This document shows, piece after piece, positions 1 to 9,882 of a DNA stretch of 24,393 nucleotides; position 1 is the first letter of the stretch, and each line of letters begins with the position of its first letter. This stretch comes from a virus. Lineage: Duplodnaviria; Caudoviricetes. Location of the stretch: positions 1 to 24,393 of IMG/VR virus record IMGVR_UViG_3300013131_000240; one strand, 5' to 3'. Under the pieces are notes generated by a model. The model searched no databases. It saw nothing but the letters and a program-made list of their open reading frames with translations, and was not told the DNA's origin. A program made the position numbers and the translations under genes.

Positions 1-2912
1 GGATCATCTGCACAAGTTTCTGGATTATCAACTTCATTTGAATTATCAATCAATCTTAAAATTTTTTGTGATGATGATACGGCAACATTACTTCCGGTGT
101 ATACATTATTTAGATACGATGTTCCATTTAATTCTGCAAGATTTATTTCAAAATTACCAATATCAAGTTTATCACTCAATCCATCGGAATAAAAATTTAT
201 CACATAAACATCATTTGAGTATGATGCAGTCCCATCGGTATAACTAACAAATTGTTTTTGATCACCGTCAAGTGAGAGTAATCTATATTGAGAGTATATT
301 GCCTTTGAAGGACTATCACTTGCCTCATATCCACTTGCCAATGATCCTGAACCCTGCCAGTGCCCATATGTTACTGCAAAATATGGTGAACGATTACACA
401 CATCACAGTCTGTTACTTGATAGTAATACTCTTTTGATTCTGCAGATTGAGCGGAACTTGTATGATAACATTCAAGTGATTGTGAATAATTAAATAATCC
501 ATAGATTGTGTTTTTCTTTACACCAGTCAATACATCTGCACCAAATAAGAACGGATGTAAAGTTTTTTCTGGTTCGGAAACACAATCTGGTTTTTGTCTA
601 ACATTTGTTCCAACAGATTGACCAGCTCTCAAATTATATCTATTTGTTGCAGGTGGTGGTTCTGGATAATCAATGGCATTTAATTCTTTAACAGGAGCAA
701 ATTCAGTAACCATGGCACCACCATTTATTGTCATAAATGGGTGAGCATATTCTTGACCAGGATATACCAAATAATTATTAAAAATTTCTGCCTCTTGACA
801 TCCACATGGATTTGTTAAATCCAATCTCCATGCCAAAAATTCACTAATTTTTTCAGGAAGACAAGATGTATTTGTTTTATCATATGATACATTATCATAT
901 GCCTTAAATCTTCCAGTTGATGCGTCTATTATTGGTATTTTTTCAGCTTGAACTGTGTAAAAATATCCATCTGGTGTTCTTGCAAATTTATCAACTTGGT
1001 TTTCATCTTTAATATATGATAAATTAAATGCACCAGCACCGTTGTATAATCCGTCTCCCAAATCAACCCAAACTACATCTGGCGCCTTCGGTGCAGTGGT
1101 ATTTTCTACTAATTTTCTTCTTAAAAACTGATAAGCTTTTGATGAAGGTGATTTGTAATCAATTTCAACAATTTGACTTTGTAATTGTCCATTTAGACCA
1201 GCAATTAGTTGGCTACATACTATTTTAATTTTATATTTACGAAGTCTTGTGACACGCAATTGATAATTTTTTTCCAATCCTCGAAGACAACTTTGTCCAG
1301 GAATTATTACAGGATTTACTGGATCTAAATTTGCCAGTGGAATATAATCTACATTATTATTCTGAGCATAGACGGAATTATACCAACCCTTTTCTCTAAT
1401 ATCATCATATACAACAGATTTACCAGTAGAATCTCTAATAAATTCTGCACCAGGAGAACCTGATATTTTTGTTACTTTACCTTTTAATATGGGATAATCC
1501 AAATATGCCATATCATTATCTGGTTCCATTTTTTCTAAAATGATACTCCAGTTAAATTCATCCTCACATGGTCCAGTTGGTCCAGGTTTTGGTCCAGATG
1601 GACAATTTGTTATAGTCCCGGCACATCCGTTTAATCCCAAACCAACAAATCGTTTATCCAAATCTTGATTATGTGGACCAACATATCCGGTCAAATCACT
1701 TGATGTGCTACTTTTTATACTAGAACCCTCAACCAAATAATTTTTCAAACTTTGGAAGATGTGTTCTGCAATATGCATTGGGGTTTTTATTTGATAATCA
1801 ATAAAAGGTGTATAATTTTTACCCTTAATTGTTAATGCACGCGATTTTATACTATCCGATAATGATGGTAAAACAGAAATACCAAAATCTGATTTTTTCA
1901 TTTGCACAGGACCATTGCACAAATCTTCATATCTTTCTACAAATATAGGCCGTCCACTATTCAGTAAATTTGTTAATTCATCTAACACAATTATTGGATT
2001 TAATGGATCACTACCAGGAACAGCAGCAGATGCATTTTTTTCATAAAATTCTTTTATTATAGCATCAATATCAAAATAATGTTTGTATGTAAGTTTTCCA
2101 ACACCAGAACTCAATGATCCGTCAGGACATGGTTCCACCTTCCATGAGGTATCTGCCCAAATTGGTGTTGATGATAATTGAGTTACAGTTTTATTATCAC
2201 AACATCTAAAAACAGCAAGTGACATTCTACAAGGCGTAACTTGAAAGTTATTTACATTCTTTTTAGCCCAAGATGGATCATAATCGTATGCAATTTTAAT
2301 GTGATATTTACAATCATTTCTTATTGGATCTATATTTGTTGTTGGTGCAGGTGCAGGGGGTGGTGCAGGTGATGGTGCCGCCAATCCTGAACTAGAACCT
2401 GGTTGAGAATTTGCAGCACCAAGCATTTTTTGTAAAAAATTATGAGGATATAGTGGAATTGACGGTTCTGGATCCCTACCTTTCATTTCTTGAAATACTT
2501 GATCAAAAATTTGTCCCCATGTTCCAGTATATTGTTTATTGTCAAAAAATATAGCAGATTTATTTTTTTGATCATCCATCCAATTTCTAAATGAAATACC
2601 TCGTTGCCATGCATTAGATGGAAAATACTCGTTTACATACAAACCTGCAAGAAATGTTATAGGTCTATAACCCCAATCTGGTTTTATGAAATATGTAAAA
2701 ACGTCATTAGGATCACTATCAAACCTTACCTCTACGTCATACCCATCAAAGTAAAAAAGATTATCTTCCGCTCTTTTAGCACCTGGAAAGTAAATGTCTT
2801 TATATGCAGTTAATGCAGCTTCAAGTCTTGTAAGGTTTGGTGATTGCATATTTACAATTATAGTAGCCAAACCTTGTTCGGTGCTATTCTCGAAAAAAGT
2901 ATAATCTGTCAT
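1..2912 (-). CDS. Large putative virion/baseplate-associated protein, partial (970 codons, runs off the left edge); Cys/Pro-rich N-terminal extension plus a C-terminal domain paralogous to 2921..3970 and 3976..5067
   Basis: Absent from the ORF track because its stop lies outside the window. Hand translation from ATG 2912 (MTDYTFFENSTEQGLATIIVNMQSPN...) stays open to position 1, with SD-like AAGGT at 2922..2918. The last ~190 aa read YGLFN..YHTSSAQSAESKEYYYQV..FAVTYGHWQGSGS..DSPSKAIYSQYRLLSLDGD..VYVINF..DKLDIGNFEINLAELNG..NNVYTGSNV..LIDNS and align motif for motif with the two upstream genes. Confidence 0.9.
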   Translation of the reverse strand, partial: MTDYTFFENSTEQGLATIIVNMQSPNLTRLEAALTAYKDIYFPGAKRAEDNLFYFDGYDVEVRFDSDPNDVFTYFIKPDWGYRPITFLAGLYVNEYFPSNAWQRGISFRNWMDDQKNKSAIFFDNKQYTGTWGQIFDQVFQEMKGRDPEPSIPLYPHNFLQKMLGAANSQPGSSSGLAAPSPAPPPAPAPTTNIDPIRNDCKYHIKIAYDYDPSWAKKNVNNFQVTPCRMSLAVFRCCDNKTVTQLSSTPIWADTSWKVEPCPDGSLSSGVGKLTYKHYFDIDAIIKEFYEKNASAAVPGSDPLNPIIVLDELTNLLNSGRPIFVERYEDLCNGPVQMKKSDFGISVLPSLSDSIKSRALTIKGKNYTPFIDYQIKTPMHIAEHIFQSLKNYLVEGSSIKSSTSSDLTGYVGPHNQDLDKRFVGLGLNGCAGTITNCPSGPKPGPTGPCEDEFNWSIILEKMEPDNDMAYLDYPILKGKVTKISGSPGAEFIRDSTGKSVVYDDIREKGWYNSVYAQNNNVDYIPLANLDPVNPVIIPGQSCLRGLEKNYQLRVTRLRKYKIKIVCSQLIAGLNGQLQSQIVEIDYKSPSSKAYQFLRRKLVENTTAPKAPDVVWVDLGDGLYNGAGAFNLSYIKDENQVDKFARTPDGYFYTVQAEKIPIIDASTGRFKAYDNVSYDKTNTSCLPEKISEFLAWRLDLTNPCGCQEAEIFNNYLVYPGQEYAHPFMTINGGAMVTEFAPVKELNAIDYPEPPPATNRYNLRAGQSVGTNVRQKPDCVSEPEKTLHPFLFGADVLTGVKKNTIYGLFNYSQSLECYHTSSAQSAESKEYYYQVTDCDVCNRSPYFAVTYGHWQGSGSLASGYEASDSPSKAIYSQYRLLSLDGDQKQFVSYTDGTASYSNDVYVINFYSDGLSDKLDIGNFEINLAELNGTSYLNNVYTGSNVAVSSSQKILRLIDNSNEVDNPETCADD

Positions 2913-2920
2913 ATTTTACC

Positions 2921-3970
2921 TTAATAATCTAATTTTATTTTAACAACAATTTCACGATCAAATGTTTTTTTAATAGGTTTACTCAATTTTGCAACGGCCA
3001 ATAATTCGTTATTGTTATCATACATACCAATAGTTGTTATGTATGTGGTTGGATCCTGAACAAAATATCTCTTTATTGCGTTTGAACTTGTTACGAAACT
3101 TTTATTATTTGAATAATTAAATTCTTCCGAGTACATTCTTGCAAAATAATAAGTTGATGAAACTACCTCACTTGTTCTACCTTGAAAACCAAATGAAGAT
3201 GTAACTGCCATAGCACCACTTATTGATGTAAATAATTTATACGCAGAATTATCACCCAAAAATGAAGATGTAGGATTAACAAAACTTCTTGATGATGTAA
3301 AAGATGCGGAAGCATCTAATGCTTTTCCATTTAATACAATTATGCCATTATCTGGATAATATATTCCCCATGGAGTTGTATCACTTGTATAAATCCCGTC
3401 TGTTAAACTTCCACTTCTAATATAGTATGTTCTTCCACCTTGTTGTGCTAAATCCGTTGTTGCCGTTCCTGAATCATCTATAAGTTTTATTATTCTATTT
3501 GAAGAAGATGTTTCTCCAGATGCACTCATTTCAACTAAACATAGTTGCCATGTATTTGTGTCCATTCTATCTTTATACCGTGAACGATTTATGTTTATCA
3601 CATAAATATGTTCGGATGTTTCGTCATTTGCAAATGTAAATTCGTTTACTCCAATTGGCAAAAGCATCTGTTTATATTGTGAGTATATTGCCTTTGTTGG
3701 ATAATCATAATCGTCTGCAATGGAACCAGTTGAAGATCCACTACCTTTGGAATCACCATATGCAATACTAAATTGAACTTGTGCATTTTGTGCAGTAGAT
3801 TCACTATTGTAAACTTCATAATAATATCGTTTAGTGGCAATAGTTTGTTGCGAACTTGTAAAAATTTTTGTTAAAACAGTTGCAGAATCAGACCATAATG
3901 GTGCACTAACCAATTCTTTATTTGAACTTATGGCGTTAGACTCAAATCTTTTGTATACACTATCTGCCAT
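2921..3970 (-). CDS. Putative virion structural (baseplate/fibre-attachment) protein, 349 aa, paralogue 2 of 3
   Basis: Long ORF sharing FTSS.Q, YYYEV, FSIAYG..GSGS, KAIYSQYK, ININRS, LIDDSG and the C-terminal YITTIGMYD...LLAVAKLSKPIKK...KLDY with 3976..5067. Lies in the baseplate module; GGAG at 3985..3982. Confidence 0.75.
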   Translation of the reverse strand: MADSVYKRFESNAISSNKELVSAPLWSDSATVLTKIFTSSQQTIATKRYYYEVYNSESTAQNAQVQFSIAYGDSKGSGSSTGSIADDYDYPTKAIYSQYKQMLLPIGVNEFTFANDETSEHIYVININRSRYKDRMDTNTWQLCLVEMSASGETSSSNRIIKLIDDSGTATTDLAQQGGRTYYIRSGSLTDGIYTSDTTPWGIYYPDNGIIVLNGKALDASASFTSSRSFVNPTSSFLGDNSAYKLFTSISGAMAVTSSFGFQGRTSEVVSSTYYFARMYSEEFNYSNNKSFVTSSNAIKRYFVQDPTTYITTIGMYDNNNELLAVAKLSKPIKKTFDREIVVKIKLDY

Positions 3971-3975
3971 AATTT

Positions 3976-5067
3976 TTAATACTCCAATTTAACGGTAATT
4001 GATAACTCACTATTGAAAGATTTTTGTATCGGTTTACTTAATTTTGCAATAGCAAGTAAAACTGAATTTCCTGTTTCGTCTGGTCCATACAATCCAATAG
4101 ATGTAATATAAACTTTTGGATCATTTTTCCATTTAGTATTTTTTATTTCACCTTTACTAATTAAATCTTGTTTTACAAATGTTGGATTATTACTATAATT
4201 TGCACTTGCATTATTAACACGGATAAAATAGAAAAGTTCGTTTTTAGTTTGAACCCCTCTTGCAGTAAATCCAGATGAATGATTTGTATAACCACCACTT
4301 ATTGCTGTAAATAATTTTAATGAATTTTGACCATTAAGATTACTTCCGGTAACGGTATTGAATGAAGAACTTAAATTTAATTTATCAGCATCTATTAGTA
4401 TTATACCCTGACTTGGATATACTTTACCATAAGCATGTGGTTCACTTGGATTGTAAATACCATTCGTCAAGCTTCCACTAACTAAATTTCTTGTAACTGA
4501 TGTATCTACTGCATCTTCATTCGTATCATTTCCATCTCCAGAATCGTCTATCAAAGTTATTACAGTTCCATTTGATTTTACTTGCACATTGCTTCCGGTG
4601 TGAACATTATTTACCTTACCACTTCCGCTCAATTCTGCAATACTAAATTCAAAATTACCTGGATCCAATTTATCTCCGAACTTTGAACGATTTATGTTTA
4701 TGGCATAAAAATGTGTAATTGGTGTAGTTGATCCCGATAGATAAAAATTACCTTCATCACCATCAAGACATAGTAATTTATATTGAGAGTAAATTGCTCT
4801 TGATGGGGTATCATCCAAATCACCACCAACATTCAATGAACCGGATCCACTAACATGACCATATGCAACAGAAAACATTTTTTCATCATTACATGAAAGA
4901 GATGCAGATCCCCAAATTTCATAATAGTATTCTTGTGATGCAGTATTTTGAGTAGAACTGGTAAAAAATGTAGTTAATGTAGCAGTATTTGGGTTCCAAA
5001 GACCATACGCATAACCTTTCGGTTTTCCTTTTAATGAAGACCCAATTAGATATTTTATTTCTGCCAT
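3976..5067 (-). CDS. Putative virion structural (baseplate/fibre-attachment) protein, 363 aa, paralogue 1 of 3
   Basis: Same motif set (RAIYSQYKLL, ININRSKFGDKLDPGNFE, YITSIGLY...LLAIAKLSKPIQK...KLEY) and same module context. Confidence 0.75.
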   Translation of the reverse strand: MAEIKYLIGSSLKGKPKGYAYGLWNPNTATLTTFFTSSTQNTASQEYYYEIWGSASLSCNDEKMFSVAYGHVSGSGSLNVGGDLDDTPSRAIYSQYKLLCLDGDEGNFYLSGSTTPITHFYAININRSKFGDKLDPGNFEFSIAELSGSGKVNNVHTGSNVQVKSNGTVITLIDDSGDGNDTNEDAVDTSVTRNLVSGSLTNGIYNPSEPHAYGKVYPSQGIILIDADKLNLSSSFNTVTGSNLNGQNSLKLFTAISGGYTNHSSGFTARGVQTKNELFYFIRVNNASANYSNNPTFVKQDLISKGEIKNTKWKNDPKVYITSIGLYGPDETGNSVLLAIAKLSKPIQKSFNSELSITVKLEY

Positions 5068-5109
5068 AATTGTTATCCAAATTATTTATTAAAACTTTTT
5101 ATTCTTAAA

Positions 5110-5793
5110 TTATGTTCCCGATACTATGGTTACTGGTATAACATAACGAGAACCGTAAGTATTATTTGTAATGATAATTTTTGTAGATTTTCCAATAAGA
5201 GTAGTTGCATTTGATGGATTAGCAAATACACCGGTGATAACACCAACAGAAAAATCTGCAGAGGTTTCTGCACTAACATGATTTGGATATGTAATCGATT
5301 TACCAGACATACTCATTTGGTTTCGATTTACAATCTTTTCTAAAAAGAAATATGTTGCATCCAATAAAGTAATCGTATAACTTTGGTTACGTTTTCCGTC
5401 ATCAATACCATCCAGTAACCATTGTTTTGTTTTTAATGGTATAACTTTTGTGGATTGAGTTCCCAATTCATTTTGCTTAAACTCAACTGCAGTAGTTCCT
5501 TGAGTATCAATATATGGAATACTTTGTGATCCAGCGTCAAGAGTAAGTAACTTATATTTCATAGATTGTGTTTCATCCGGAACCGGTTCCGTGATTGGTA
5601 AGTTTTCTATAACTATACCCATTTTTGCTTCACCAAATGGATGATTTTGATTCCATAAATCATAATCAATTTCATCATCTGCAAGAGCAAATTGTGTTAT
5701 ATTGAAAGCATTATTTCCTTTTGCTAAAAGCTCTCTACCTTTTTTAGTAAGAATTGCTTCAACCGTAACAACTGAATTGTCTAAATATCCCAT
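5110..5793 (-). CDS. Conserved large-phage virion protein, 227 aa (MGYLDNS...ILTKKGRELLA...FALADDEIDY type)
   Basis: Strong SD AAGGAG at 5806..5801. I recognise the N-terminal ~85 aa as a recurrent motif in tail modules of uncultured large phages; it resembles the start of tail-collar/fibre-attachment (DUF3751-like) domains. Confidence 0.65.
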   Translation of the reverse strand: MGYLDNSVVTVEAILTKKGRELLAKGNNAFNITQFALADDEIDYDLWNQNHPFGEAKMGIVIENLPITEPVPDETQSMKYKLLTLDAGSQSIPYIDTQGTTAVEFKQNELGTQSTKVIPLKTKQWLLDGIDDGKRNQSYTITLLDATYFFLEKIVNRNQMSMSGKSITYPNHVSAETSADFSVGVITGVFANPSNATTLIGKSTKIIITNNTYGSRYVIPVTIVSGT

Positions 5794-5800
5794 TGTAAAA

Positions 5801-5806
5801 CTCCTT
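5801..5806 (-). promoter_or_regulatory. Shine-Dalgarno site AAGGAG
   Basis: Plus-strand ctcctt, 7 nt upstream of ATG 5793. Confidence 0.8.
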
Positions 5807-5827
5807 AAAAAACTATTTGTATTAACT

Positions 5828-5835
5828 ATAAATAT
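5828..5835 (-). promoter_or_regulatory. Candidate late promoter element ATATTTAT
   Basis: Lies in the longest intergenic gap (5794..5882). The same octamer occurs in the gaps at 14629..14636 and 23556..23563, and a degenerate copy (CATATTTTATAG) sits at 5844..5855. Confidence 0.5.
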
Positions 5836-5882
5836 GTATCTTTCTATAAAATATGTCTAGTAAACAACCAAAATTCTATGAT

Positions 5883-8800
5883 TTACAGAACTGAATCGGT
5901 AGGTATATCATAAATAATAATTGGGTTTGAATCATTTTGTTCATCATATGAGTTGTATGTTGCAATTGTTTTTATGTATGTTATACCACCACTATTTTTA
6001 CAACCCTCATATTGTTGCCTTCTTTTTCCAGAATTATGATTATGTGGATTGGTCAAACTGGATGTAACATACTGAAAAGAACTATATGTATATTTTTCAT
6101 AATTGTCACCAGAGTAGTAAAACTTAAATCCACTATAATAAGTATCAGTAGAATACTTTTCTATTTGTTGAAAAAGTGCCTCTGTTTTTTCAACTGCATT
6201 ATCTGTGTAATACCATTTTCCATAATTTATAGTGTTAGGATTGATTCCAAATTTTATATTTCTTCTTGCATAAGTATTTGTAAAATCTCTTTTTAATTCA
6301 GCATAATCAATATCAAGTGGTTTATTAAAATACCCAAACATTGTTTGTAAATTTGATATTTTAGTATCATACGATGTAATTATACCTTCAACCAATCTAT
6401 TTGATGCAGAAATTATTGCATCCTTTTTTTCAAAAATTCCACCAATACTTCCAGTTATAGGTATTGTCATATTTTGAAGTTGTGGTGTGACAATAAATTT
6501 TGTTACAAAATCCATATCATCTTCAAGATTTTGAGTGTCAGCTTCCATTTCTGTTACAATTTGTGTGTCTGATTCAAATTCATCTGCTTCACTTGGTATT
6601 TCTTCATCAAACCCAATAAATACTGTTCCATTTATTTGATTTAATTCTGTTGTTACAATACCTAATTTTGACAATTCACTAACATCTTTTACAAATTTTG
6701 TTGGCGGTTCAGCGTAAAAATCTTTTGCTATTTTTACCTTTGATCGTTCAAGCACATTTGGTTCTATAACCAAACCTAAAATTTCATTTACACGAGCAGG
6801 AAGAGTTTGTCTAATTTGATCAAAAACGCCAAAATCAAATTTTGATATTAAACTAATATATGCATTAAAATCATTTCTATTATTATACTTTTGCCAATAC
6901 TCACGAGCAAACCATTTTAATCTTGTATATTCTTCAGCATCAACATTTGAGTAATCACCAAAATAATCATCTATCCACGTAGAACCTATTGCCTCATATA
7001 TGTCTTCATTTATTATGTGTTGTGGTGAAAATGCAACCATCAACTTATTTGAGTCTTGTGAATACCTATCGAATGCCGTTAGTGTAAAAGTTTCATCTTT
7101 TGATAGAGGACCTATAAGTGAAGCTGAATCTATACGGACTTTTTCTGCGAATGGTGTATCTATACCAACTGATGCAACTTCCATGTTATAGGTTTCGGTT
7201 ATTGATTCAAACGAACTTGATGTAAAACCATATAGATATGCATTTTTTGATGATGTTTGAAATGTATTTTTATTTTGATTTGGGTGTGAACTAAAAAGAC
7301 TCGTTGTTACTGCCGTATCAAATTTTTGCCAAAACTTCCATTGTCCTTGTAAATCATAGTAAGATGAAGTTGCAGTATTTCCATTATATGATCTAGGTGC
7401 AATTACATGGTTATCAAATGATGCAGAATTTAATTGTCTTGTCCAATATCTTAATTCAAAAATAGATCCAGAAAGTATTTTATCAGTTTGTGGATTTGAT
7501 CCAGAACCTATGTATAAATCACCATTTGATGCCCAAGCATTGTTGTAACTAGAGCTTATACTTCCAGTAACAACAATACTTGCACTTCTTTCAACCGCAA
7601 TTTTTCCATATTTAGCAGTTTTTAATATAAAATCATATTTTTGATTTACAGATATTGAATCATTTGAAGTGCTTCTTTGGATCATTATATTCAACGGAAC
7701 ATCGTCAAATAGATATTCGTCTGTTATAGATGCAGTTGCATAATTTGTTCCATTGCTTAAATAAAAATTAAGACTTCCTTTTTCAATATCAGTTCCGTCT
7801 TTATGGATAGTAACAAACCAATCCAATCTACTACCAGTAACTTTTTGTAAAACGGTTTGTATAGGATCATTAGTATATGAATAAAGATCCTCAGGTTCCA
7901 TTTTCCATCTAAATGTTAGAGTATCTGGATATTGCCAATTGCCATCAGAATTATTTACTTTTTCCCAAGGAACACTAACATAATGTTGATTTGTTGGTAG
8001 TGGGTAACTACCTCTAAAATTCAAATAATATGTATGTTTTTCCCATTCTGCTCTTGGTTTAATTCCCAAATCTGCATTATCTGGTCCACCAAATTCTCTA
8101 ATAGTAAGTATTGTTTGTGGGATACCGTATGCTGCTAACAACGCCTTTACTGAACGAGCGGTTCCTTTTGTTTTATAGATATATGGCAGATTGTTAAATA
8201 TACGTCTCCATACTTCTTTTGTTCTTTCTTCAACACTCTTTGAATGTTCTTTACTTACAGTAGTTCTTCCTGTCCATATTGGTTCACCACTTCCACTTAA
8301 TCCTAAAGCATATTCCCACAATTCTTTTGAAGTAGATCCTTGTGATAAAGTCCATCCTAAATTTTTTGTTGCCTCATATATCAAATCTTGTGATAACCCG
8401 TCTCTTGGATTTTCAGTTCTCAAATTTTTCTTTAATATATGATCAGCATAATAGTAAAGAATGTCAAAATGTTGTCCGATCATTCTAACAAATGTAATGA
8501 ATTGTTCATTATCTTTATTTTCAAAAATATGTTCTGGAATTGATTTATCAAGTGAATTGTAATTAGACATATCATAATCAGTTGCAATGTCTAATATATT
8601 ATTATACCAATCTTCAACTGCACTAGATGTTGTGCTATGAAGATTAAACTTACCCTCTTTTGTTAAAAGATGATATACGCTAGATGTTACTTCATATTTT
8701 GGAAAAGGTTGTATTGGTGCTGATGACTGTGTTGTATAATAAAAACTTGATGTTGTTTCATAATATAAAAACTTCTCAAAATCATCAAATCCAGAAACAA

Positions 8801-9857
8801 CTTTTTCTCTCAACAATTTTATATTAGTCTTATTAGTGTCAAGTGAACCAGTATAAGTTTCAAGCAATGATAATTGTGAATTGTAATTTTCTATTAACTG
8901 AATTTTGTAATAAAAATTTTCAACTCTTTCTTCTGCAGATGAATAAAATATAAAATTTTTGAAATCTGTAAAATCAAGGTTTAGTTTTACAATTGATCCA
9001 GAATCAAGAATATATTTGTTTAATAATTCCTGTGATGTTTGAACATTTGTTTGTAATAAATCATTCCAAGATCTATAATCGGTTTCAGTAGACACCCAAT
9101 GTGCAGTATCAACTTCATAATTTGGTCCAGAAATATAAGATGGTTTTAGACTTTCTTCTTCACGATAAAGTAAAACATTATCAATGTATGGTTTCATTAT
9201 TTGACTTGATAACCAACATTCATAAAACAAATCAACATCAGCAGGTAGAGGTTCATATAGTCTTACAAAAAAACTATCTATTTCACCATTTGATGTAACA
9301 TTTATCACATCAACTATATTATTTTCACCAAAATTTAGAACAATTGGTAATAAAAATTTTGATCCACGCAAATACTGCAATACAAAATCGCTTAATTCAC
9401 CTTGAGCAAATTCATCGTTTGGTTTTGTTAATGATAATTGCAATTCTCGTCTATCTAATGATATATCGGATATAAATAATCTACTATCATTACTATTACT
9501 ACCAATTAAATTTCGGAAAAAATTGTAAACAACTTTGTAAGGACCTGGTATTATTTTTGTTTGTTCTAAATGATCATGAACATCTAAAATAACATACTTA
9601 AATGTTTCGTTATTTTCATCTCTAATATCAACACCATATTCTACTGAATATAGGGTATCAACATATGCGCCATTTGGCAGGAACACATGAAATTCTATAT
9701 TGGTTGATGGTGTTGTTGGATCTTCAGGATTTACAACAGAATCAAATCTTGGAACTATTATGTTTCTTCCAAGTTTATTTTGAACTATACGAACACCACG
9801 AATTGGATCTCGTGTTGTAAATATCTCATTTAGATTTTTGTATAAAAAATTTGGCAT
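5883..9857 (-). CDS. Large baseplate wedge-like protein (gp7/P2 gpI-type motif) with a LamG/concanavalin A-like jelly-roll domain, 1324 aa
   Basis: IYKTKGTARSVKALLAAYG (~8125..8185) matches the KGT motif of gpI/gp7-type wedge proteins. LYIGSG...LSGSIFELRYWTRQLN (~7430..7520) matches the LamG_3 C-terminal signature. Located downstream of gp25- and gp6-like genes. Confidence 0.7.
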   Translation of the reverse strand: MPNFLYKNLNEIFTTRDPIRGVRIVQNKLGRNIIVPRFDSVVNPEDPTTPSTNIEFHVFLPNGAYVDTLYSVEYGVDIRDENNETFKYVILDVHDHLEQTKIIPGPYKVVYNFFRNLIGSNSNDSRLFISDISLDRRELQLSLTKPNDEFAQGELSDFVLQYLRGSKFLLPIVLNFGENNIVDVINVTSNGEIDSFFVRLYEPLPADVDLFYECWLSSQIMKPYIDNVLLYREEESLKPSYISGPNYEVDTAHWVSTETDYRSWNDLLQTNVQTSQELLNKYILDSGSIVKLNLDFTDFKNFIFYSSAEERVENFYYKIQLIENYNSQLSLLETYTGSLDTNKTNIKLLREKVVSGFDDFEKFLYYETTSSFYYTTQSSAPIQPFPKYEVTSSVYHLLTKEGKFNLHSTTSSAVEDWYNNILDIATDYDMSNYNSLDKSIPEHIFENKDNEQFITFVRMIGQHFDILYYYADHILKKNLRTENPRDGLSQDLIYEATKNLGWTLSQGSTSKELWEYALGLSGSGEPIWTGRTTVSKEHSKSVEERTKEVWRRIFNNLPYIYKTKGTARSVKALLAAYGIPQTILTIREFGGPDNADLGIKPRAEWEKHTYYLNFRGSYPLPTNQHYVSVPWEKVNNSDGNWQYPDTLTFRWKMEPEDLYSYTNDPIQTVLQKVTGSRLDWFVTIHKDGTDIEKGSLNFYLSNGTNYATASITDEYLFDDVPLNIMIQRSTSNDSISVNQKYDFILKTAKYGKIAVERSASIVVTGSISSSYNNAWASNGDLYIGSGSNPQTDKILSGSIFELRYWTRQLNSASFDNHVIAPRSYNGNTATSSYYDLQGQWKFWQKFDTAVTTSLFSSHPNQNKNTFQTSSKNAYLYGFTSSSFESITETYNMEVASVGIDTPFAEKVRIDSASLIGPLSKDETFTLTAFDRYSQDSNKLMVAFSPQHIINEDIYEAIGSTWIDDYFGDYSNVDAEEYTRLKWFAREYWQKYNNRNDFNAYISLISKFDFGVFDQIRQTLPARVNEILGLVIEPNVLERSKVKIAKDFYAEPPTKFVKDVSELSKLGIVTTELNQINGTVFIGFDEEIPSEADEFESDTQIVTEMEADTQNLEDDMDFVTKFIVTPQLQNMTIPITGSIGGIFEKKDAIISASNRLVEGIITSYDTKISNLQTMFGYFNKPLDIDYAELKRDFTNTYARRNIKFGINPNTINYGKWYYTDNAVEKTEALFQQIEKYSTDTYYSGFKFYYSGDNYEKYTYSSFQYVTSSLTNPHNHNSGKRRQQYEGCKNSGGITYIKTIATYNSYDEQNDSNPIIIYDIPTDSVL

Positions 9858-9882
9858 ACAACTATTTCATATTTAATGTAAA

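Noticed and set aside
1570-1596. GPKPGPTGP as a collagen-like repeat
   Set aside because: Too short and out of Gly-X-Y register; treated as a linker.
5083-5090. Coding-strand AATAAATA before 3976..5067 as a T4-orientation late promoter
   Set aside because: A single imperfect instance in an almost pure A/T gap, in the opposite orientation to the recurring motif.
5794-5882. Intrinsic terminator or structured RNA in the longest gap
   Set aside because: No GC-rich hairpin with a U-tract is visible, and no tRNA or ncRNA was recognised anywhere in the window.
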